Part shown: piece by piece, positions 1-8,050 of the stretch
Layout of the letters: every line of letters begins with the position of its first letter
How positions within the stretch are numbered: position 1 is the stretch's first letter
Source: Vitrella brassicaformis CCMP3155
Taxonomy: Eukaryota > Protista > Chromerida
DNA length: 10,947 nt
Reading direction: 5' to 3'
Assembly (NCBI GenBank): GCA_001179505.1
Contig: CDMY01000913.1
Location: forward strand, 1-10,947
Translations under genes and position numbers: made by a program
The notes under the pieces: generated by a model
Told to the model about the DNA's origin: nothing
Seen by the model: only the letters and a program-made list of their open reading frames with translations
Databases searched by the model: none

Positions 1-52
1 TGTTAAGACTGACCACTCAATCATTGCAAAGAGGTCCGGGTGTGTTGACATT

Positions 53-70
53 CAGTCAGTCAGTCAGTCA
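53..70 (+). repeat. (CAGT)4.5 microsatellite
   Basis: cagtcagtcagtcagtca. Confidence 0.85.
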
Positions 71-1220
71 CACGCTCAGAAATTCTGCATCTTTGACACA
101 CTCAGTGTCTGTTTCGCACACGTGTGGCGGCATGATTAACTGTTTGCCTGTGCGGACTTCTGTGGCCAGCTGGGGGAGTACCAAACATGGACTCGACCTC
201 GTGAGAGGCGGAAAGTTCACCTGGAACGGCCGCCATACAAGAAATGATACGATGACTTCAGTTGAAGTGAAAGGCGATTGGTCTGCACCTTTATTCACTG
301 AGATACTTCCTGACGTGCTCTTTGTGCGTGGTTTTTTACATGAACCGATCAAGCGTCCACAAAGGAAGGTGTCAGCTTGCACGTTCAGAAGCACAAGCCA
401 CAAGCCACTCTCACACTAAGTGTTTATGGAAGACTACTGAAGGGAATTGCACGGACATAAGCGTGTTCATTGATCTGTTCTCCTAAGCGCCAGCAAGCCA
501 CAAAAGCTAGAGTTGAAACGAACAGAATCCTAACAGTATCAGAGAGATGCCATGAGACATGCCATCGATACAGTAACCATCGTCATCTCCCTCAACAAAG
601 TCAGCTTCTGGCTTTAGTCAAAAAGCGATCTGCGATCCAATCAGCATCTACTTTGCCTTTGTTCTACCCCCGGTTGTCTGCATGGGCATACTAGAAAACA
701 AGGCACCTGCCAGATCACTCGAGACTAACCATGCAGTGTTGGCCATTCGAAGCTGACCGACTGAGTGGTTTTGTCTGATGCTTGCATCCACGCACAGATG
801 CCATACAATGCAAACATCTGCTGTACAGTCTTTGAGATGTCTCCCCTATCAACACAACCGTCCGTGACAGCATACAACATAGGCCTGACGTCTGGCTGGC
901 GGTCCTTCTCCCTCTCCCTCACTACTGTGTCCATGCTGCGCAGCTCTGTCTCTCTGCATCTCCGTAAAGCGCCTCTTACTGCCAAATACCGACCCATGAA
1001 ACCCTTACGCCTTATAAAACACCAGGAACCAGTACAAACAACACAAATATACCTGCAGCGGCCATCATTCACGATGCAGTGAAAAAACACTTATAGAAAA
1101 GGTGTTCATCGGCATGAAAAAGCGCTATCGAAATCCCATAAACACATCAGCAGGCGAGTTGCTTGCTCATGGCAGCGCTTTCGTGGCGTACGAAGGTGAG
1201 TGAGAAGACGTCAGGCGACC

Positions 1221-1454
1221 TCACTTTGTCGTCCATGTCAACACACTCGTGTGGGGCAATCGTAAGCGAGCCACAGATGGATCGTGGTCAGAGGATCCAG
1301 CTTCCAAGTCAGGTGTGTTGACATGAATGATGTCATACTCGCGCTTCGAGAAGGCCTTGTTGACCAGAATGTAGTCAAGGGCTTGCGAATTGCCTTCCGC
1401 GCTGAAGATGGTCGTGAAGCGCTCAGGAGGCTCAAGCTGGTCGGTGGTAAGGTT
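1221..1454 (-). pseudogene. 3' part of the terminal exon of an endonuclease/exonuclease/phosphatase (EEP, ExeM/NucH-like) gene, disrupted by the insertion
   Basis: Translation NLTTDQLEPPERFTTIFSAEGNSQALDYILVNKAFSKREYDIIHVNTPDLEAGSSDHDPSVARL...TGA fits the bacterial ExeM/NucH-type C-terminus (ER[YF]T..GNSQ.LD[HY]IL...YDI.H.N...SDHDP), including the catalytic SDH. Confidence 0.8.
1440..1454 (+). repeat. Target-site duplication, copy at the element 3' (tail) end
   Basis: gtcggtggtaaggtt, directly adjoining the T-runs of the tail. It matches 7066-7080 exactly over 12 bp and at 14/15 overall. Confidence 0.88.
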
Positions 1455-1491
1455 TTTTTTGTCGTTTTTTTTGTTTGTGTGTTTTTTTTTT
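1453..1491 (-). other. Interrupted poly(A) tail of the retroelement
   Basis: The minus strand reads A10-cacacaaac-A8-cgac-A8. It starts 6 nt after the duplicated element 3' end and runs into the TSD. Confidence 0.8.
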
Positions 1492-1497
1492 GCCACC

Positions 1498-1621
1498 AGA
1501 CAACTTGCATTGACCGTAACACTCGTCTGTGTGTCCGTGACACTCATATAAATACAGTCCTATGAGCACGCAGAGTCAAACAGGCTCAAGGGGAGGAGGG
1601 ATCGATCCCCGCCCCATCAGC
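1498..1621 (-). repeat. Second copy of the element's last 124 bp, followed by ggtggc and the A-tail
   Basis: Four mismatches to 2232-2355. Encodes ADGAGIDPSSP* plus the 3' UTR. Confidence 0.95.
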
Positions 1622-1760
1622 TCTTCCTCCTTCTTGCTCCTCTTGACGTCAGGTGCGTTGCGGCACACTTGCTGCAGTTGGTCGATGGCTGCATCGTTGT
1701 AGTGGAGGAAACGCTGGTGAGCGAGCTCCTCGCTGATGATCTCGGCTGCCATCACTGCCG

Positions 1761-1919
1761 CGTGTACTTGGAGGGGGAGTATGTGATGAATGTTTCTCTA
1801 CAAAAACTTGCGCATGGACCAGTCGACTTGGAGGGTGTGTTCATGATGAATGCCTCTATGCGCACATTTACGTATGCATGCGTGGACTTGGAGGGTGTGT
1901 ATGTGATGAATGTCTCTCT
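1761..1919 (+). repeat. Three tandem units of a degenerate 60-bp repeat inside the cargo segment
   Basis: Units start at 1761, 1821 and 1881 with core gacttggagggtgtgtatgtgatgaatgtctct. The period is exactly 60. Confidence 0.9.
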
Positions 1920-2231
1920 GGAGAAGGATACGGCAGCCTGGACAGGCGACGAGGGCGGCGGGTGTGCTGAGTCGGCGGCTGATCGGTGAAGGCTGCAGCG
2001 TGGGGGTTACCGCAGGTCCCCGCGGCTCCCCAAATGTAGGAGGGAACGTGCGATCGGTAGCCTGAGCGAGACGCACAACGCAATGCCGGCAACATTGGAG
2101 AGTGGCAAAGGCTTCCGGGGGTGGCCTCGCGACAGGGATGGCCACGCCGTCGTGTCATGGCCAACAGCATGCCCATCGACTACAAACCTATATGTTGCTT
2201 ACATCTTTTCATTATATCCCTCATAGGCGAG

Positions 2232-2355
2232 AGACAACTTGCATTAACCGCAACACTCGTCTGTGTGTCCGTGACACTCATATAAATACAGTCCCATGAG
2301 CACGCAGAGTCAAACAGGTTCAAGGGGAGGAGGGATCGATCCCCGCCCCATCAGC
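2232..2355 (-). repeat. Element 3' terminus (last ORF codons plus 88-nt 3' UTR), internal copy
   Basis: 120/124 identical to 1498-1621 by direct alignment (offset 734). It is not followed by a poly(A) tail. Confidence 0.95.
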
Positions 2356-4977
2356 ACGTCCCAGCCCCGCAAACCCGCCCCTCCCTCCCCCACGCAGACA
2401 GAAGCTAGTCGCACGCGCGAGGGCGATAGACAAGCGAGAGCGAATCCATCCAGACACATGACTGAACCCCCGACCCTTCCAGCCCTCCTTCTCCAACAGC
2501 GCATGAGCCATGTGGGCGATGAACACGTTGGCATCGTGTCCCCACACACCGTCACACGTCACCACCAGCGGGCAGAAGGTCACGCGGGAGTCGCAGACGG
2601 CCGACCGGTATTTCTTCTTCTTGGCGGTCTCGTGCTGCCTCAGGATGGACTTAGTCGATCGGTTCTTGGAAGCATAAGACGGTGCGTCAGCATCAGTGAT
2701 GTAGATGTCAAACGACGCAGCCGCCTGCCGCTCCCACACGCCCCGAGCGACGATGTCCGCCCTGACCCCACCCTCCCCCTCCTTCAACACCACCTCCCGA
2801 CGCACACCAGCGTCACCCCACGCCATCCCAATCAGCTCGGCAAAAGTGTCCCGCAGCTCGTTGTGGCGACGAATCATCAGGCCGTACCGCTTGCAGCACA
2901 GCGCATGGTCGACGGTGAGGGGCTGGTTGCAGTGGTCGCAGCGTGCGGCGAGGCCGGGCGGGTGACGGCCGTATCGTATGTTGAGGGCATCTCGAAACTC
3001 CGCAGCATCAAGATCAGTGTTGTTGTCTGTCAGCGGGAGGACGGTCAGCCAGCCGGACGTCTTATATTCGGCGCTGCGGGAGAGGACGCGATGGCGCCGG
3101 CGGTCGATGTGCGGCAGGGCGGCTTCCCTCTTGGCTTTGTAGGCGGAGTCCTGCTGCTGCTTGCTCTGGGTGAGGGCGTGGCGGATGGTGGCACGATGGT
3201 CGCCAGGGTAGAAAGGAGCCTTGCCTTGGACGGGCTTGGAGACCACCTTGGTGCTCGCATGGGAGGCGGGGTATGCGGCTGCGGCTCGGTCGAGAGGGTC
3301 ACGTATGCCGGTGCCGCCATGTCGGGCCGGCAGCAGCATCAGGTCGACCTCGGACGGCGTCACAGGGCCGCCGAGAAGGGGCAGCTCCTTGGCGATGGCC
3401 TCGCGGAGGGGGCTGAGAGCGCACTCGTCGGTGAGGACGACGCGGAAGACGTAGTCCCACTCCATCTGCAGAGACCTTGTCATTGCCGCGTGGGCCGTGT
3501 GCGGGAAGTTGCGGGCAGCAGAGGCGAGCGCGCGCACGCCGTGCACCCGCCCCTTGACCTTCTCGCAAAGGAACGCCGCCCTCCCCCCCTCATCGCCCAC
3601 ATATCCGCCCAGGAACCTCTTGCCCGTGACGATTTGCACCCCCTCGGGCTCGAAGAGCTCCCTTGCGATATGCTCGAGCTCAGGTTTGACAATGAGGAAG
3701 CACTTGGCGGCCTCCGGGTGATAGCCGTATGAAGGACCGATGCGGCGCAGGCCTCGAAACCACACTAGGATGCCGTGAAGTTTGCCGAGCGCCGATGAGT
3801 CATCCGCATACCAGCACTGTTGCAGCGAAGCGCCGGATGAAGAGGCCGACGACGCCGACGAGGCCGACGAATTCTCCTCCTCACCAACTCCAACACCTTC
3901 TACATCAGAACACACACACACTCGCACCATTCCCCTCTGCTTCTGGTGGCGCGTCACTGGCTTCTTCTGGCCTCTCTGGCGCTTCTGATGGCGCATTTTC
4001 GTTCTCGTCCGTGTCTGACCCAGACCCATCGCCGTCTGAGTCGTCCCATGCCCCACTCGATGGCATCTCATATCCCTCCTCAGCGCAGGCAGCCCGCAGG
4101 GCATGGATGCGGGGAAGGCTGCCGCAGGCGTAGACGAACATCGCCATCAAATCGCCCTGTGTGACGCCTTCACAGCTCCATAGACAGCCGGCTGAGCCTT
4201 GCAGGTGAAGCGCGGCGAACCCTCGGTAGGTGTTGAACACATAGCGAGAGCAGCAAGGCCACAGCACGCGGGTGTTCCAGATGGAAGCAGGCCGACTGAT
4301 GCGATTGAAGGTATTGCTCGCGTCCACCAGCAGGAGCCCCTCGGTCTCGTCGTCCTAGAAGAGGTCATTCACCGCGTGCACAGCCCCTTCGATGCCTCCC
4401 TTCACTCCGACGCACAACTGATCAGTGCCACAGGTCGTCTCCAGGTCAGAGCGGGTCACCAAGGCCATGCACTTGCCAGCCAGTCGAGAGAGCACCTCTC
4501 CGATGCCGATGGGGCGGACGCCAGGGTATTTGTCGAGAGCGATGAGGCGGCACGCTCACAGGGCCTTGATGTTGTCCCATGGGACGATGGTGTTGGCCAG
4601 GGTAGAGACGAGCGAGGCCACAGTCGCGCGGAGGCGGCCGCCCTTGGCACCGTATCGGAGAAAGAAGGTCTGCCAGAAGTTCGCATCGCCACCGGTCGGT
4701 CCAGCGCTCCCACTGAGGCTCCGTGCCGTTCGCTCCACGGTCGAGTCCGTGATGTCCACGTCAATGAGGGGAGGAAGGTCGTCACATGGAAGGAAGGCTT
4801 CCTCGTGCGGCTGCTGCTGTGGTGGGTGCTTCTCGCGAAGGACATCGAGCACCGTGACTCCCGGGGGGCGCTTCTCGGCTTGAGCGGATGGGTGGAGAAC
4901 CCCCCCGCCGCCCCTCTCGGTGACGAAGCGGACAGCCGCCCGGACTTTGCCCTCCATCATGAGCTTGTTGAAGATGC
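2320..4977 (-). pseudogene. Retrotransposon ORF, copy B: RT, thumb, CCHC and restriction-like endonuclease, with two stops and a frameshift
   Basis: Lesions are TGA at 4556-4558 (CGA in copy A), TAG at 4355-4357, and a 2-bp loss in the (CA)n run at ~3911-3920. The frame then reads WYADD (3799-3813), GYHPEAAKC, FLGGYVG, CDHC-x7-HALCC (2893-2940), RHN, RADI, FDIYITD and HETAKKKKY, ending at TGA 2320-2322. Confidence 0.9.
3810..4977. repeat. ~1.17-kb segment repeated at 5278-6447 across the assembly gap
   Basis: Hand alignment gives about 65 substitutions plus one 2-bp indel (~94-95% identity). The offset is 1468-1470. Confidence 0.95.
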
Positions 4978-5277
4978 NNNNNNNNNNNNNNNNNNNNNNN
5001 NNNNNNNNNNNNNNNNNNNNNNNNNNNNNNNNNNNNNNNNNNNNNNNNNNNNNNNNNNNNNNNNNNNNNNNNNNNNNNNNNNNNNNNNNNNNNNNNNNNN
5101 NNNNNNNNNNNNNNNNNNNNNNNNNNNNNNNNNNNNNNNNNNNNNNNNNNNNNNNNNNNNNNNNNNNNNNNNNNNNNNNNNNNNNNNNNNNNNNNNNNNN
5201 NNNNNNNNNNNNNNNNNNNNNNNNNNNNNNNNNNNNNNNNNNNNNNNNNNNNNNNNNNNNNNNNNNNNNNNNNNNNN
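4978..5277. other. Assembly gap (300 N)
   Basis: Run of N. Both contig ends lie within the overlapping element copies. Confidence 1.
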
Positions 5278-6988
5278 ACCAGCACTGCCGCAGCGAAGCG
5301 CTAGATGAAGAGGCCGACGGGGCCGACGAGGCCGACAAACTCTCCTCCTCACCAACTCCAACACCTTCTACATCAGAACACACACATACACCCGCACCAT
5401 CCCCCTCTGCTTCTGGTGGCGTGTCACTGGCTTCTTCTGGCCTCTCTTGCGCTTCTGATGCTGCGTTTTCATTCTCGTCCATATCTGACTCAGACCCATC
5501 GCTGTCTGAGTCGTCGGATGCCCTACTCGACGGCATCTCATATCCCTCCTCAGCGCAGGCAGCCCGCAGGGCATGGATGAGGGGAAGGCTGCCGCAGGCG
5601 TAGACGAACATCGCCATCGAATCGCCCTGTGTGACGCCTTCACAGCTCCACAGACAGTCGGCTGAGCCTTGCAGGTGAAAGGCGGCGAACCCTCGGTAGG
5701 TTTTGAACACATAGCGAGAGCAGCAGGGCCACAGCACGCGGGTGTTCCAGATAGCAGCAGGCCGACTGATACGATTGAAGGCGTTGCTTGCGTTCACCAG
5801 CAGGAGCCCCTCGGTTTCGTCGTCCGAAGAGAGGTCATTCACCGCAAGCACAGCCCCTTCGATGCCTCCCTTCACCTCGATGCACAACTGATCAGTGCCG
5901 CAGGTCGTCTCCAGGTCAGAGCGGGTCACCAAGGCCATGCACTTGGCAGCCAGTCGAAGGAGCACCTCTCCGATGCCGATGGGGCGGACGCCAGGGCATT
6001 TGTCGAGAGCGATGAGGCGGCACGCTCGCAGGGCCTTGATGTCGTCCCATGGGACGATGGTGTTGGCCAGGGTAGAGACGAGCGAGGCCACAGCCGCGCG
6101 GAGGCGGCCGCTCTTGGCACCGTATCGGAGGAGGAAGGTCTGCCAGAAGTTCGCATCGCCACCGGTCGGTCCAGCGCTCCCACTGAGGCTCCGTGTCGTT
6201 CGCTGCACGGTCGAGTCCGTGATGTCCACGTCAATGAGGGGAGGAAGGTCGTCACACGGAAGGAGGGCTTCCTCGTGCGGCTGCTGCTGTGGTGGGTGCT
6301 TCTCGCGAAGGACATCGAGCACCGTGACTCCCGGGGGGCGCTTCTCGGCTTGAGCGGATGGGTGGAGAACCCCCCCGCCGCCCCTCTCGGTGACGAAGCG
6401 GACAGCCGCCCGGACTTTGCCCTCCAGCATGAGCTTGTTGAAGATGCGATAGACCGACGCGTCGTCCAGCTGAGGCTGAGTGGTGGGGAACTGCTGGTCC
6501 AGCCGCTCCGCCTCGCACACGAGCTCCTCCACCTGCCCCTTCTGCCAAATCTCCAGCCGCCTCCAGAGCATCCGCTTGACATCGCGCTTCCTCTTGACAT
6601 CCGGATCTCGCTGGATGAGTGTGCGGACGAAGACGCCACCCCGCTCGGACGGTGCCTCGAGCTTGGAGATCTTCTCCACCTCCTCAGCGATGGCATCAGC
6701 GATGGCGCGGCCAAGGTTGCCAAGCTTGCTGAAATCCTTCACGCATCGCAGTCGAAGCTGGCACACCCGCTGGTGATACGCGTCCCACTCAGAAAAAGTC
6801 GATCCACTGGCGGAGTTGACGAGGGGCTTGCCGAAGGCCTCGCGCATCTTCTCATCACATCCTCGGCTGCATGTGGACAGCGCAGACTTCCCTTTCGCGT
6901 TGCATGCGCAACAGGGGAGCCCGCCGCCGTCTCGCGGGATGAGTGTCGCTGGAGGGGGCTGGGTGTAGTCCGACACACGCTCCCTCAT
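5278..6988 (-). pseudogene. Retrotransposon ORF, copy A: N-terminal region and RT up to the residue before YADD
   Basis: Open frame from ATG 6988 to the gap. It contains [61 protein letters not shown] and QGD. The motif-A catalytic Asp is replaced by Asn (LLVNA; copy B has LLVDA). Confidence 0.85.
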
Positions 6989-7065
6989 CCGAAAAGGAGG
7001 AGAAACAGCCGAGAAACCACCGACTCACTCATGGTCTGCCATTGCAGGCCTGCCGTTCCTCTGCC

Positions 7066-7080
7066 GTCGGTGGTAAGATT
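7066..7080 (+). repeat. Target-site duplication, copy at the element 5' end
   Basis: gtcggtggtaagatt, matching 1440-1454. On the minus strand it reads AAT CTT ACC ACC GAC (NLTTD), in frame with the EEP exon. Confidence 0.88.
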
Positions 7081-7105
7081 GATGAGACCGGCATCCGTCA
7101 GCATC
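7066..7105 (-). pseudogene. 5' part of the same EEP exon, with its splice acceptor
   Basis: Pyrimidine tract plus CAG (cttctctacctcctcactcag, AG at 7107-7106), followed by G ATG CTG ACG GAT GCC GGT CTC ATC AAT CTT ACC ACC GAC = MLTDAGLINLTTD. This joins DQLEPPERF at 1440 through the TSD. Confidence 0.75.
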
Positions 7106-7133
7106 CTGAGTGAGGAGGTAGAGAAGGTTTACA

Positions 7134-7233
7134 TGCACGTTTGGACTTGGCGTGTGTGTATATGATGAATGTCTCTGTGCGCACACCTGCGCCTGCACGC
7201 GTCGACTTGGCGTGTGTGTATTTGATATATGCA
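7134..7233 (+). repeat. About 1.7 units of the same 60-bp repeat family, in the intron upstream of the EEP exon
   Basis: gacttggcgtgtgtgta recurs at a 60-bp spacing (7144 and 7204). Positions 7142-7179 match 1883-1920 at 34/38. Confidence 0.85.
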
Positions 7234-7489
7234 AATACTTTTCGGTGCGTATCGAGGCGCCCATGCACCAACACACACTCACTGGCTGGCTGCGCATGCA
7301 TTGTGGGTGTGTTGTATTGCTGTTGTTGTGGCGTGTTGTATGCTTCGCGTCAGATTGTCCGCATCCATCTACCTCGTTTTGTTTGCGTCTGGGTGCACGC
7401 ACTCTGCAATACTTTTCGGTGCGTGTCAAGACAGACACCACCCATAGCATCAACACACACCCACTGGCTGGCTGGCTGTGCATGCGTTG
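7231..7489 (+). repeat. Degenerate direct repeat pair with ~175-bp spacing
   Basis: aatacttttcggtgcgt...caacacacac.cactggctggctg.gcatgc.ttg occurs at 7231-7303 and 7406-7489. Confidence 0.75.
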
Positions 7490-7739
7490 TTTTGTCAGGC
7501 GTGTTCTTCCGTTTGCCGTTCGTCTGCAAGTTTTGCAGCGGCAGTTCCCTGCCTTCTCAACGCTCACGGCGCCCATTGGTTGAGCTCGCTGTGTGATCGG
7601 CACTGCATGACGGACTTTCACGCCTGAAGTTCATTCATTCAATCACTCTCGTGTCCCACACTTGAGTTGATTTGTGCCGAACCCTGACCATCGGTATCCA
7701 ATGGTTTAAACCGACACAAGACCGCAAGCCACAGCCTTA

Positions 7740-8050
7740 TCAAAAGACACAACGGCAGCCCCGTCTCCCGCCGCGCAAACACAAACTAGCGCCCCGCACT
7801 AGTCCAACAGACAGACGGGCATGCAGGCAACCCTGCACACGGGCTCGGCCACCCCTGTCTTGTCAGCAATAGGTCGGTCAGGCGGGTGAGGAAGTGTTCG
7901 GCCTCCGCCCCCACACACAATCCACCGTGACGGCCAAGGGAGTGAAGGTGATGGACAGATCCTCACACACACGGGCGTGCTTGCGTTTCTTGGTCTTCTC
8001 GAGCGACGCCAGGATCGATCGCGTTGGGCTGTTACAGCGCTCTCTGTAAC
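7740..8050 (-). mobile_element. Degraded RLE C-terminus of a second, divergent CRE-like retrotransposon family
   Basis: Across two frameshifts it reads NSPTRSILASLEKTKKRKHARVCEDLSITFTPLAVTVDCVWG / AEAEHFLTRLTDLLLTRQGW / VQGCLHARLSVGLVRGASLCLRGGR...TGA. This is colinear with copy B NRSTKSILRQHETAKKKKY...VTFCPLVVTCDGVWGHDANVFIAHMAHALLEKEGW...VSGWIRSRLSIALARATSFCLRGGR. Confidence 0.85.

Larger units (their letters stand above)
1455..7065 (-). mobile_element. Composite insertion of an RLE-type (CRE-clade-like) non-LTR retrotransposon, bounded by a TSD, with an A-rich 3' tail
   Basis: RT motifs ([12 protein letters not shown][D/N]A, QGD, WYADD), a CCHC knuckle and a restriction-like endonuclease are all on the minus strand. 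There is an A-rich tail at 1453-1491 and matching flanks gtcggtggtaag[g/a]tt at 1440-1454 and 7066-7080. Removing the interval and one TSD copy restores a continuous EEP reading frame. Confidence 0.88.

Noticed and set aside
24-1090. ORFs 24-419, 68-403, 725-1090 and 765-1082
   Set aside because: No recognisable domain, overlapping on both strands, and containing microsatellite or low-complexity sequence. Not supportable without a database search.
1221-1454. EEP fragment as the APE endonuclease of a LINE
   Set aside because: It ends in a stop right after SDH, has the ExeM-type GNSQ and YDIxHxN motifs, is interrupted by the TSD, and the element already has an RLE.
1761-1919. Conserved ~39-bp core plus ~21-bp variable part at a fixed 60-bp period, superficially CRISPR-like
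   Set aside because: The cores are degenerate, there are only three units, one 'spacer' is homologous to the unit at 7170-7200, no cas genes are present, and the context is eukaryotic.
1498-2355. The 124-bp direct repeats as LTRs
   Set aside because: They are the ORF end and 3' UTR of a non-LTR element. There are no TG...CA termini, PBS or PPT, and one copy carries a poly(A) tail.
6870-6915. Cys cluster CCAC...CSRGC near the ORF start as a zinc finger
   Set aside because: No clear C2H2 or CXC spacing. The element may be 5'-truncated (only ~77 nt between TSD and ATG), so no domain call is made.
4556-6988. 810-aa ORF as a single protein
   Set aside because: It is an artefact of translating through the N gap, joining copy A to a repeated part of copy B.
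2296-7165. Long plus-strand ORFs (2296-3732, 4199-5308, 5669-7165) and other overlapping ORFs
   Set aside because: Antisense or shifted-frame shadows of the GC-rich retrotransposon ORF, with no motifs.
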